A stretch of 63,408 nt of DNA, counting the filler, from Octopus bimaculoides (Eukaryota), in assembly GCF_001194135.2 (NCBI RefSeq). It is 4 parts of 4 records of this genome, joined end to end, with 100 filler letters (N's around TTAATTAATTAA, not from the genome) between each part and the next. Parts side by side here need not be neighbours in the genome. Positions count along the whole stretch, not along the records: positions 20,268 to 48,367 come from NC_068998.1; positions 48,468 to 57,883 come from NC_069006.1; 2 more parts are not named here. One strand, given 5' to 3'. The notes below the pieces were generated by a model. It was not told the DNA's origin, ran no database searches, and worked only from the letters and a program-made list of their open reading frames with translations. Position 1 is the stretch's first letter. Each line of letters begins with the position of its first letter. Shown in pieces: positions 39,094 to 51,349 of the stretch. The position numbers were made by a program, and so were the translations under genes.

Positions 39094-39329
39094 ATGGGCA
39101 TATGGCGTAGTGGTTAAGAGCACGGGCTACTAACCCCAAGATTCCGACCTGATTAATAATAATAATAATATAATAATAATAGTAACATCGTTAGGAATGA
39201 GAACCCAGGTTCAAAATTTCCCCAAGACACCTGACGAAGGCTGGAGGGTATATCAGCCGAAACGTTGTGTTAACAACAAACAAGATGAGGACAAATATCC
39301 GTCAAATGTAAATAATGTAAATAATGTAA
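39094..39329 (+). repeat. 3' terminal repeat of the Penelope element: tRNA-like head, (AAT)n, then a hammerhead-containing tail
   Basis: A-box-like TGGCGTAGTGG at 39103-39113, a truncated B-box region, an AAT run, and a tail matching 37345-37560 inverted. Confidence 0.75.
39226..39271 (+). ncRNA. Minimal type I hammerhead ribozyme motif
   Basis: GACAC-CUGACGA-A-GGCUG(gagggtatat)CAGCC-GAAA-CG-UU-GUGUU. Stems I and II pair, the core is intact and stem III is the palindrome AACGUU. Confidence 0.75.
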
Positions 39330-39499
39330 GAACTTACCTTTATTGTAGGTCTGAGGCAGTGCCACTCTAATGTTTAAAACAGCAAATATTACATAAATTT
39401 TCACATGGAACTTTTGTGTGAAGTGGTTTTGAAAGCAGAGTTGGTACAGAAACAATTGTAACTGGTCATTAAAGTCTTTCTTTGTCTTCTTATTTGTGT

Positions 39500-39765
39500 G
39501 TGTGTGAAAATGTGTGGTTCGGGTATTTGGCTCATGATAGTTGGCAGTGTGTTGTGTTCTGAGTAAGATACTTTATTTCAGGTTGCTCCAGTCCACTCAG
39601 CTGGCAAAAATGAGTTGTACTCCACACTGAATCTCCCTGGGAACTAAGTTAAGGTTACTCATGTCTGTGGAGTGTTCAGCCACTTGCACGTTAATTTCAT
39701 GAGCAGGCTGTTCCATTGATCAGATCGACTGGAACACTTGTCGTCATAACCAACAGAGTGGTCAT
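39500..39765 (+). mobile_element. SINE with a different body but the family A 3' tail
   Basis: ggagtgttcagccacttgcacgttaatttcatgagcaggctgttcc matches about 2300-2345; the upstream part differs. Confidence 0.65.
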
Positions 39766-39802
<37 letters not shown>

Positions 39803-40805
39803 CACGTGCATGCACGTGTGTGTGTGTGTGTGTGTTTGTGTATTAGTTATCAGAAACTAGTGATTATTGCCTGCTGAATCAAAATATTTTGGTAGTTGTG
39901 TGTATAAATTGTTCAAAAATCTTTCTGTAAAGTAGTAATCTTGATTTAGCTTGTAGATTGTTCATAAAATTGGAGACTAATATTGGTCAGTGTTGATGAT
40001 TTCCAATGAAATCTAGTTATTGCAACCAATATACTCACAACGGATTACTTCTTGAGTCTTTATGTTGAAATTCTCTATTTCCTTTGTGGCATTTCTAATA
40101 ATTTGTTTTGTTGTTACTAAGAATTTCTTTCAAGTCATTTCTATTTTAATTTAAAACTGGGGCTTTTGTTAACAATTAGTATAAAGGAAAGAAATATTAA
40201 AAATTTTCTTACTCTTACTTCTCAAAATATATATGCAAAAAAAAACAAAACAAAAATAAATCAAACAAAACAAAGCTGAAACATGAAATACTCTCTGCTT
40301 GGTTGATTTGCATTCTTTCTTGACAATAAAATGTTTCAGTGTTTTTATAAGAATGTATATTGGATCTACATAAGACAGTAATATGCAAAATGGGAGTTTG
40401 TTTGCCTTTTAGAAATTGATGTTAAGTTGAGAGTACAAACATGTCCTCATCATTGTTATCATGAGCACCACCACTATCGGTTTCCATATATACTTTTTTG
40501 TGTGCCTGCATGGATCAAATGAATTTCGTTGAGGCAGATTTTCCTGTTGCTAACTTTCACTTAGTTCTAAGCAAGGCATTATTACTTCCTTAATGGCCAA
40601 ATATTTTTTTCACAATGGACTGGAAACAAACAATAGCATTTATATGGTGACAGTTGTTTACAAAAATCACTCAATCATAATGGAACAAAAACATGCATGC
40701 ATACTACATACATTCTTGCACATATCTGTCTGTCTGTATGTGTGTCTCTCTTTCTGTCTGTCCATTTATCTATCTATGCTGCGCATGCATGTATACATAC
40801 ATACA

Positions 40806-41411
40806 TGATGGCCATCCATTCGTGATTGAAGAAGACCATTGCTGACCCTCAGAAACATTGTGCGCTCTAGGACTAACTTATATTTTGCATTTGTGGCTCT
40901 GTTAGTAGCTAATGAGCCTTGCTCTTGACAAACATACACAACTGTAAACATTGCAAACCAAGCTTTCCCCATTCACTACACCAGGAGTGCACTTTCGAGC
41001 AGCATGCTTTAGTCCTTCCTGCAGAATACATACTCTCTCAAAATTGTCGACCCCCTCCTTAACCTGTTTTCTCCATTTGTGGTGATGACAGGCATTGCTT
41101 TCCCAGTCAGTCTCCTGCATATCACAAGGCTTTAATGAGGACTTGACACAGTCCTTAAATTGCAGCCTTGATTTCTGCCAGGGTCTCTTTCCATTCACAA
41201 GTTCCCCGTATAGCATCTGCTTAGGGATCCTACTATCCTTCATTCTAATAAGGTGTCCAGTTCAACATAACTGGTGCTTGTGCACCATCACCTCAATACT
41301 CAAGACATCAGCTGTCCTCAGCACCTGTGTGTCTGGACTTTTTAAGGTCCAGCCAGCATTCAGAATGTGTCTGAGACATATCTGATGAAAGTGTTCAAAG
41401 GCCCTTACATG
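40806..41411 (-). mobile_element. RTE-clade LINE, 3' segment
   Basis: HVRAFEHFHQICLRHILN...WTGHLIRMKDSRIPKQMLYGELVNGKRP...WRKQVKEG, with a 3' UTR ending in (ATGT)n. Confidence 0.9.
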
Positions 41412-41708
41412 ACTGTTGTAATGTTCCAGCCTGCACCTGGAAATCAATATCTGGAGCCAGCTATCTTGGTTGAAGGAGCAATTCTGAAAGTGGTAGACAA
41501 GTTTATCTACCCGGGCAGCACACTCAGTTGTTCTTGCTCCCTGGATGATGAAATATCTTTCAGGTTGCAGAGAGCAACTGATTCCTCCTGGTCTCTTCAG
41601 TCTTGTGTCTGGTCCCAGCATGGCATCACAACGCAAACAAAAATTGTTGTGTACCGTGCATGTGTACTGATATTGCTCCTTTACTCATGTGAGACATGGA
41701 CCCTTTAC
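41408..41708 (+). mobile_element. RTE-clade LINE, inverted 5' segment of the same copy
   Basis: TVVMFQPAPG...VVDKFIYPGSTLS...TKIVVYRACVLILLLYSCETWTLY. This directly precedes the minus-strand segment in an intact RTE ORF. Confidence 0.9.
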
Positions 41709-42935
41709 ATACATACATACATACATACAGAGTATGTTTCTCTATCCAGAATACAAGTTCAGGTTTATACCTGTAATTATTGAGGCCCTAGGATATGTAA
41801 CACACTGCCTAAATACCAATCTTTAGAAATTTGACTTCTTAAAACCAGAATGGAGAAAGCTAATTTGAAGACTACAAATCTAGTCCATCACTGGATCTGT
41901 AAAAATATGTAAGACTTTCTTGAAGTTTATCATCTAAATATACATGAGCATGTCTAGATATGCAACTAAATGTATGAGACTACATACATAAAACGTACAA
42001 ATCTGTGCGTACATACATACATACATACATACATACATACATACATACATACATACACACATACACACATACATACACACATACATACATACATACATAC
42101 ATACATACAAGCAAACAAACAAAAATACCCTGTTGTTGATGTTGAAATTCCAATGAAAGAGCCTTGGATCTAGGTTAGAAACTGATTCTTTCTCTATAGG
42201 TAAGAAATCTTGAAATAAACTGAATAATGACATACATACATATTGCTGAGCTTAACCTTTTAACATTCAAACTGGCCAGATCCGGCCTCCCACACATACC
42301 CTTCAATGTCATTCTAAAAATAGGCAAATATTTTATCAAGATTTTGAAGGTACAGGATAATACATGATTAACTCAAAGCATTGTGAAAAATAAGGATTAA
42401 ATTTGACAGATTAATCTGGATGCAAAAGGATTAAACATGCTTTGGTGTAAATACTATCATGCAAGATTTATGCACTGTTATTTTGCTTTCAAAGATGATT
42501 CTTTATTTTGTCTCAAAGGTAGCCCCAAATACATAGTCCATCCCTTCAAATTCTAGGAATCTTATGTTTAGGACATCAGAGGAATGATGGATAAGTTGTT
42601 CTATATTTTTTGATGGCTTACACAGAGGAGATAGGACAGGATCACTGACTCTTTTCTAAAGCCTCTAAGGAGGAAGGAGGAAGCTATCATAAAACCAGGG
42701 ACCTAATTTAAGTGAGTGCAATTGAGTAGACTCTGTTACAGGCACCTAAAGACCAAGTAATAACGTTGAATTGGGAAAAGCATTAAGTCTTCCACCCCGG
42801 TTGGATTTGAACTCCTATGGTTTAAAAGTTAGTAAGTAGAGAAAAAAAGAGTGCAATGCCCATGGTGTTTGTAGGCCCTCCTAGATATGAAGGTGATGTT
42901 TGTTTCGAATGCATTTAAGTTGGGACCTGTAAGAA

Positions 42936-42969
<34 letters not shown>

Positions 42970-42989
42970 AAAAGAAAAGCCAGGTAGTT

Positions 42990-43500
42990 GCAGCTGTGGT
43001 GATATGATTTGGAAATATGTTTAGTGCAGTGGTGGAGCTGAGGGATGAGACAGTGTGAGGTGGATGAAAGAAAAATATAGTCAATTAGGTGAAGGGGAAT
43101 GTAGTTTGCTAGTTCAGAGGAGTGATGGCTATTGTGATTTGGTAGAGTATAGGAGACAGAAAGAAAAGACAGTATTTGTGAGGCAGTGTTTTTGCCAAGT
43201 GGGTGGCTTGCTTAGGATATTGCTTAGAATGCCTATGAGTATAAGAGTTGTAACACCTTAGATAAGGAAGCAGTGTTCCATCATAGGTCTTACTTGAATT
43301 TTTTGTAGAGAATCAGCAATTGTTTTGGACCTGGAGCAGAAGCTTGGTGCTGAGATATGGTTTTTACATGTAAAGGTGCCTTGAAAGTTTGTCAGAGATT
43401 GAATGAATTAGTAGTTGAAGTGACTTTGAGAACTTTAGCTGTATACTTTTTATCCTGAAAGCAGATAGTATCGTTGGTGTAGGAATGAGTATAATTAAAA
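42990..43500 (-). mobile_element. Degenerate CR1/L2/Jockey-type LINE 3' region
   Basis: HNSHHSSELANYIP resembles the CR1-group C-terminal YYHG.CSSEL...P motif. Otherwise decayed. Confidence 0.35.
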
Positions 43501-44344
43501 AAAGCAGTTAGTAAAGTCATTAATGTACAGAAACAAATACTTGTAGAAAACAAAGAATCTCAGAGAGCACTAAAATAACCTTATCATAGTCTCATCAGAA
43601 TTGGGGTTATCTGACAGGAAATTCTAAGCCAAGAGACAAGAGATGCAAATTATTAAGAGAGACAAGAGATAGCCAAGAGGTTATTATGCCAAACACTGCT
43701 GACATAGATAAATCAAAGTAAATACCTCAGATTATTAGTCAGTTGCTTTATACTATGGAACTTCACTATCAAATTTTGATCTAAAATATTGGTTTCAAAT
43801 TTTGGCTCAAGGCCAGCAAGTTCGGTGGAGAGAGCAAGTTGATTATATCAACCCAGTTTTCAACTGGTACTTATTTATTGACCCTGAAGGGATTTTGGTC
43901 TGAAATATTGCGCTCTCTGTACAATTATTATATTAATATAGGGAACTGTGGATAAAGTTTAAGCTGGCTTTAAACAACTTGGTATTGCATATTAAAACTT
44001 TATGAGTGACTCACAAGTTAGGACTTACAAGTTCAGAGAGGATGATATTTTATCATGTTAACTAAATGAGCAAGATCAAACCAACTTAGTATTGAGTAGA
44101 AAAGGCAAGAAGTGAAGTTAAAACCTGGGACTGATTCTCAGCTCACACGAGTTCACTTTACTTTGGCTAGTAATGCTCTTGGGATAACCATATTCTTTTT
44201 CCATGCCTCTATTAAAACATGAGTACTTAAGCAGAATCCACTACATTGCAAGCACTTAGGTCATGAGACTAGACTGCAAATAACTTCATCCACTAGTTTC
44301 AGATGCCCTGATGAATATCATAAGGAGTACCTTTCATCCCCTAA

Positions 44345-44530
44345 CAATGTGGCTGTGCAGTAAGGAGTTTGTTTCCCAACCATATGGCCACATAGCTGGT
44401 TCTGGGTTCAGTTAAGTTGTGTGGCACCTTGGATCAAGTGTTTTTTACAATAGCCCCAGGCTAACCAAAGCCTTGTGAATTGATTTGGTAAAAGGAAACT
44501 GAAAGAAGCCTGTCATATATATATGTGTGC
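44345..44530 (+). mobile_element. SINE family C, 5' half
   Basis: gtggctgtgcagtaagg...aaccaaagccttgtga...actgaaagaagcc. Confidence 0.75.
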
Positions 44531-44745
44531 GTGTTTGTTTGTATTTGATAATTGTTCAAGGTGCACAATACTGAGAATGAACTTAGAATCCTGTGCTTCA
44601 GAAGCTAACGTTTTACCACACAGCCATGCCAGTACCTAATAAATTTATGTTTTTTATGTTCTAAGTTTAAACCTTACCATAGTTAATTACCATATGATAA
44701 ATTCAACTGACCATACTTATTCTCAATACATCTTGCTTTTGTCAG

Positions 44746-44892
44746 AGATTATTACAGAGAAAGAACAGAAAACATTAAAGGATATGAGTGAGCATGTAAT
44801 TATTACATGTAATCATTACTTTTATTGTTTTGATGTTTAATTGAAATAATGATTTGAAAGTCTTTTCAGGTATTTTTGTGAGCTTCAGATTT
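44746..44892 (+). CDS. Candidate pair of micro-exons (44746-44787 and 44870-44892) around an 82-nt intron
   Basis: cttgcttttgtcag|...GA|gtgagc and gtcttttcag|...TTT|gtaagt. The joined sequence is open in two frames (IITEKEQKTLKDMSIFVSFRF or DYYRERTENIKGYEYFCELQI). Confidence 0.35.
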
Positions 44893-47800
44893 GTAAGTAA
44901 TGACAGTGATGTGACACAATCTACAATCTGTGAAGGGATTAAATAAATACCCTGAAGTTTTTGGTTACATTCTTTTATGTTATAAGTCCTAGAACCACTG
45001 ATGTCAATTTTGGCTCACATATAACTGGAGTTAATAAACTCCAGTAAGTGACAGGGGTGAACTGAAATTAATTACCATACTTTTGGTTGGTTGTTGCAAT
45101 TGTAATTCTGGTTAAGCTCCGATCAAGCAGACCTATGATTAAAGTATTTCAGCAATGGCTATCACATCTTATTTTTGGAGATTGTATCTAGGACCACATA
45201 ATCCAATCTGGATAGTGTAGTCATAGATGCAGTGTCCAATAATGAAAGAAAAGCTGTTGCTTGAGAAGAATTTGGTTTCTGGTTGTTGGTTGTTGAATGA
45301 CCAAGTAGATGCTCCCTTAATGGCATGATTAGCAAATAAAGGAAAAGGGGAATAGGCAGCAATGATTTTGACAATATTTATTAGAATTGTTGTTTCACTA
45401 TTTTTTGTTGTAAAATCAAATCCTACCTGGTTAAAGTTGGTCATGCATTATTTTTCAACCAGTAAAATAAGCTATTATTTATGTACTCAAATGTATTCAT
45501 TCATATGCATTCACCCTTATAAATCATGACTGTGTGTCTATTTTAAAAATCAATATTTAGATAACATAAAAATTATAGAAATTTCTAAGATCCTTATTTA
45601 GAGATATGAAATAAAGATTAACAGCTTTGTAACATCAATGGGATAAATTGCCTCAAATGTTATAGTTCAGGGAATAAAAATGTCGAAGAATATTGAAAAA
45701 AAAAAATTCAAAGATTATTTTCCTGGGTTGCTTTGCAGCCATTGGAAAAAAGTTTAATTATTTTAGAATACTTCAATGTTAAGATCAAAGCTGAATAGGT
45801 TAATAATAAATAAATAAAAGTTTAATATGGTATACTCATGCAGAAATGATAAAATACTTGTTAGTTGCAATAATATTTAGAAACTAAACTGACTGACATT
45901 ATTCTTAAAGGTTACTACATATTAATATTTCAACTATAATGCTTCTTTTTTTTCTGTTTTATATGTTAGTCAGAAAAAGAGAGGAAGTGTCCATAGTTTT
46001 TGCAAACTTTCTTTTGCTGACTTTTGCAGATTATTGTGATTGATGTTCTTTGGGACATTTGTAAACTATTAAAAACAGCACAACATGAAGTAGTGGTTAA
46101 CTGGAAAGGTGGGGATCTGACTGAGTATTGATAGAATACTTTGCAGTATTTGTTTTGATTCTCTGTGCTCTGAGTTGAAATCCTGTCATAGCTGACTTTG
46201 CCTTTCGAGGTTGATGTAAAAGTACCAATCCAGAGTAGTGGTGGGTCAGAATTGCTAGAGCATCAGTCTGAATGCCTTATATCTTTTATGATTTTTTGAG
46301 TTCTGACAGCAGCAATTGCGGTGACATTGGTGCCAAGCTTTATCAGCCTTACCATTCTCTTGGACATCATTGGAAGTGTAGTGAAGGGAGACTTACAAAT
46401 ATTAACCTTCCACAGAAAGAACCTTACTCACACCTGTACCATGGAAAGGAACTTTTCAGCTGTAGAAATTTATGAGCCACCATGGCTGAAGGAGGCCTTG
46501 TATGATTAACCAAAAAACGTACTTTATGGTGACATGATGTTTGTATTAGGTCAATGTTTTTACCATTAATCAAAAGTAAGTTGGAGGTTGCATCAGCAGA
46601 AAATCTTAAAAGTTGAGAGTATAGCATAAGTGGCATGGTTATATATTAAAGTGCGATGAATGCACAAATAAAATGAACTTCTTTCTTTGTCAAACATAGT
46701 AGCAGCAGGTCAGGGCTGTTGCTATACACTAAGCAAACTAGGTTATTGCTTAGAGTGTCACAAATAACTTATATAAAAGTTTTTAATCCAATTAAAGACA
46801 TAAAAACTTAGTGAGCTGGTGAGGTCATTCACAAAACAAAACAAAAAAGAGAGCATGGGTGGGGAGCAGAGCCTCATATGGTGTTATGACCTTTCACATG
46901 CTTTCATGTGAAATACTTCAAACTTTTCCCCTGTAATAGATTTACTCAGTGGTAGTATGAACATAAAGCTATAGCTTTCTTGTTCACAAGTTAACTATAT
47001 TTGTTTTCTATATTTTCCAATTGGTGTAAAGAAAATGATGGCTATTGCATATTGTAGAAAATAATTGATGAAGGAGGTTTCATTATAGGAGTAGAGGAAG
47101 GGAGTATGCACTGTAAAACTGAGAAAGGAGAGCACATTGTAAGGCTGACATACCTAAGGTACTGAATACACTGGCAGTGGCCCCACAGCAGTAATAACGA
47201 TGATAATGGAAGGTATAAAATAAAGAGAAAAAAATCTGAATATTTCATTAGATCAAATTTTGGGTGATGTTAATCACTGTCGATAGAATTAGGGTAAAAT
47301 GTTTCTAACTGTTGAAGTAAAATTCACTTCTTGTCTCTTATAATGACAATTAATGAGGCAGAAGAAAATTCACTGTCATTTGAGATTTATTTGGCATCAG
47401 ACCAAAATTATATTGATTCCTGTAACAAAACAATGGGGGGTTTTTGGCAGCTCATTGGTTAAAGCTATCATAACTCAATTAATAGGCTGGTTACCTGACA
47501 TGAGTATGCTAACATTTAGTACTTGTGCATACTATTTAATCTATGCATGAGTTCTTTGCTGTAACTAATTTTAGTTAAATGTCATGAAATACTTGATGTA
47601 TTTTCTCTTCATTCTTTGTGGAATATCATGCTCTAGTCTTATTGAAGACATTGCTTTTGTGTATTCATTTGTTTTCGATGATGTGTGTGTATGTTAATCT
47701 GTGTAAGTACGTGCATATCTGTGTGTCTATGCTCTTGTATATGGCAATATGTCTGGAAGAGGATAATTATATTGACTTCTATGGAACGTTCTATGACAGT

Positions 47801-48095
47801 TAAATTGAGGAATAATTTTAAAATTTACTGACAAGATATTGTTATATTCAGACAGGTAATTTGTAATCAAAATGTTTTAAATTTATTTTGAAAATGTGTT
47901 TTAGTTTAATAAAAGAAACATTATGAGAAAATCCTATAATAATCATAATAATTTTCGTCATGTGTACAAGACTGTAAATTTTAAGAGGGTAGAATAACTT
48001 AGATCAACCTCAATACTTAACTAGCATTATTTTATCAACCATCAAGAGGATGAAATGTAAAGTCAATCTTAGGTTTTGAACTAAAAATATAAAGG

Positions 48096-48212
48096 GAGTG
48101 GCAGGAGTGGCTGTGTGGTAAGTAGCTTGCTTACCAACCACATGGTTCTGGGTTCATTCCCACTGCATGGCACCTTGGGCAAGTGTCTTCTGCTATAGCC
48201 TCGGGCCGACCA
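48096..48212 (+). mobile_element. SINE family C head
   Basis: ggagtggctgtgtggtaagtagcttgcttaccaaccacatggttctgggttc. Confidence 0.8.
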
Positions 48213-48367
48213 GCAGCAACAGCAATAATAATCATTTCTTTAGGAAAAAAAAAAACGACCAATCATCAGATTCTGGTATTTGTTAGTGAACCAAGGGTCT
48301 TTGGATCTTTAATCTATTAGAGTTTTGTAACTGAGCTATTTATGATCATTATTAAATAATGATTATG

Positions 48368-48467
48368 NNNNNNNNNNNNNNNNNNNNNNNNNNNNNNNNN
48401 NNNNNNNNNNNTTAATTAATTAANNNNNNNNNNNNNNNNNNNNNNNNNNNNNNNNNNNNNNNNNNNN
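48368..48467. other. Artificial scaffold spacer 44N-TTAATTAATTAA-44N
   Basis: Same 100-nt structure. Confidence 0.95.
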
Positions 48468-49017
48468 TATTTGACTCGCTCCTCCTCTCCACTACCACCA
48501 CAACCACCACCACTACCTGCCGCTGGATTTGAACTCCTGTTATTGGTGATGACAAACAACCATATAAAGCGCCGCCCCCACCCCATTCAGTACCGCTTCC
48601 CATCTATTGCAACGCTACTAATACTCCTTCTAAACACACACACACGTTGTTTCGAGCCCGTCAACTGAGTAAATGGTATTTTAAGGGAGCTGTTGCTATC
48701 TGTTGAATATAAAACACAATATGGGTGGTCGTGATGGTGATGCTGTGGTCGTGGTGGTAGTAGTAGTAGTAATGGTGGTGCCAGTGGTTGTGATGGTGGA
48801 GGTGGTGGTGGTGGTGAGGGTGGTAATGGTCGTAATGGTGGCTCGTACATACATTCACAGAATTAAGTTATTGGAAACGCATGAGACATTGTAATCAATG
48901 AGTTCACGAGCATTTTGAAAAATATATATTTATTAATATTCATCAACAATATCATCATCATCGTCATCGTCATCATCATCATCATGAAGACAATAATAAC
49001 AATGGCTTCAAATTTTG

Positions 49018-49195
49018 CCACAAGGCCAGCAATTTTGAGGGCAACGGTAAGGTCGATTACATCGACCCCTGTGCTCAAGTGGTATTTATCTTATCGCCCC
49101 TGAATGAATAAAAGGCAAAGTCAACCTCGACGGAATTTGAATCCAGTACGTAGCGACGGGTGAAATACTGCTAAGCTTTCCGTCCAGCGTGCCAA
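49018..49195 (-). mobile_element. SINE family B, diverged
   Basis: aaaggcaaagtcaacctcgacggaatttgaa is the reverse complement of the family B core. Confidence 0.75.
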
Positions 49196-49253
<58 letters not shown>

Positions 49254-49256
<3 letters not shown>

Positions 49257-49511
49257 GTGCTCATGGGAACTGCCCATATCCTACGTAAAATACTGTCTAT
49301 GTGATTTCAAATTTTAAAACAAACACATAATTTTCTTATGGTTTCTTAAACATACTCTAGAACAACACTATGCACAAATCCAAATATATGGTACCCTAGG
49401 CATAACACCTACATGAACTTCTAACTTGTTGTCTCTTGAGGTCTCTTGAGGTCTCTGGGTGAGACTTGGATCCAACTTGTACAAATGCAAAGCAAAAGTC
49501 AAACATAAAAC
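49254..49511 (+). mobile_element. R4/Dong-like LINE extreme 3' end in (AAT)n
   Basis: IVLMGTAHILRKILSM*, then a 3' UTR; flanked by AAT arrays on both sides. Confidence 0.75.
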
Positions 49512-49586
<75 letters not shown>

Positions 49587-49597
49587 TATTATTATTA

Positions 49598-49750
49598 TTT
49601 TGAGATTGGTACTTGGATGTTGAACGTCTCCCACGATAGTTCACAACCAAGTAACAAAGCTTATAAGGTGCGGAAAGCGTCCCTGCGGGCTGCTATCCGC
49701 TCTCACAGAGTCTTCCAGAACAAACATGACCGAACGTTCTGAGAAGTACA
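49598..49750 (-). mobile_element. Possible fourth RLE-LINE 3' end, opposite strand
   Basis: Reverse complement gtacttctcagaacg...gttctggaagac resembles LLGTARILRKVLE and ends in (AAT)n. Heavily degraded. Confidence 0.3.
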
Positions 49751-50001
49751 ACAACCACAACAACTACAATAATAATAACAATAATAATAATAGCAAAAAA
49801 AAAAAGAAGAGTGCCATTGTTATCAAATGAACGATATTTCGACATCACGTGTGTCTTCCACAGGTTCAAAAAATAAACTTGTCAATCTACTTCATCTACA
49901 ATGGCACTCTTCTTTTTTTTTTTTCGATATTTTCTGGAGGAGTTACCTCAATCCTATAAATATTACCAAAATGAAATAGATAATAATAATAATAATACAA
50001 T

Positions 50002-50320
50002 AATAGAAATGCCAAGATCCTATGGGATTTTATGATCCAGTGCGTCCATGAGATTGAGAATAGGAAGCCGGACATAGTCTTAATTGAGAAAGAAAACAAA
50101 CTATGCTGGATCATAGACATAGCATACCCAGCTGACAACAATGTATGCGATAAGGAAGAAAGAAAAGTCGAGAGATATGATAGGTTAGCTTGGGAAGTTA
50201 AGCAGTTGTGGTCGATGAAAAATGTAGCAGTAGTACCAATAGTTGTCGGAGCCCTGGGAACAGTGAGCAAAAATCTCTAGAAGTACGTGGAACAAATAGG
50301 GGCTGCAATAAGGGTGGAGC
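50002..50320 (+). mobile_element. R4/Dong-like restriction-like endonuclease (PD..D) fragment
   Basis: KILWDFMIQCVHEIENRKPDIVLIEKENKLCWIIDIA...VPIVVGALGTV. It starts in (AAT)n, has one premature stop and runs into a gap. Confidence 0.9.
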
Positions 50321-50664
50321 NNNNNNNNNNNNNNNNNNNNNNNNNNNNNNNNNNNNNNNNNNNNNNNNNNNNNNNNNNNNNNNNNNNNNNNNNNNNNNNN
50401 NNNNNNNNNNNNNNNNNNNNNNNNNNNNNNNNNNNNNNNNNNNNNNNNNNNNNNNNNNNNNNNNNNNNNNNNNNNNNNNNNNNNNNNNNNNNNNNNNNNN
50501 NNNNNNNNNNNNNNNNNNNNNNNNNNNNNNNNNNNNNNNNNNNNNNNNNNNNNNNNNNNNNNNNNNNNNNNNNNNNNNNNNNNNNNNNNNNNNNNNNNNN
50601 NNNNNNNNNNNNNNNNNNNNNNNNNNNNNNNNNNNNNNNNAATAATAATAATAATAATAATAAT

Positions 50665-50849
50665 AAAATTGCACTGCACACATCCTACGCAAAAAATTGC
50701 ACTACTGGGCACTGCACACATCCTACGCAAAACACTTTCAATACAGTAACCATAAGAGCATCACAGCAAACCACAGCACATACCCAAGGCACACAGAGCT
50801 GCGCTCGGTAGTGAAGTGAAAGCACGTTATAAAAATAAAACTACTGAAC
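50665..50849 (+). mobile_element. Third R4/Dong-like 3' end in (AAT)n, with a short 5' duplication
   Basis: KIALLGTAHILRKTLSIQ*, preceded by a partial copy (aaaattgcactgcacacatcctacgcaaa); AAT on both sides. Confidence 0.75.
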
Positions 50850-50934
<85 letters not shown>

Positions 50935-51349
50935 GAGCTGATGTGAAGAATGGGTGTATAGTGAATATATATATATATTTGACAAAAATAAAACGACGAT
51001 GCTCAAATATAATAATAATAATAATAATAATAACGTAGGTAAGTTTAACCACTGGTTTGTATCGTAAAACTTCTGAAGATGTTTGATTGTTTCCATCTTT
51101 GTGATGTTGCTGTTGTTGTTGCTCCTATTGTCATTGTTGATGATGCTGATGGTTGTAGTGGTGGTGGTCCTTATTGTTGTTGTTATTGCTGTTGTTATGT
51201 ATTGTTGATAGTGTGGTGTTAATCGCTGTTATTGTCGCCAGGGGGCGGCGTTGTGGTGCGATCATACTGCTAAGCGAACCGTAATAGGTTCTGTGGGGTT
51301 GTCGTTTGTCGTTTTCATTGTAGTTGTGGTCGTCGACGCTGGTCTTCCC

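Noticed and set aside
39096-39150. tRNA gene
   Set aside because: Only the A-box half is tRNA-like; the T arm and acceptor stem are missing. SINE heads elsewhere are likewise not tRNA genes.
48587-48894. Pro-, His- and Val-rich ORFs
   Set aside because: Translations of (GGT/CCA)n low-complexity sequence.
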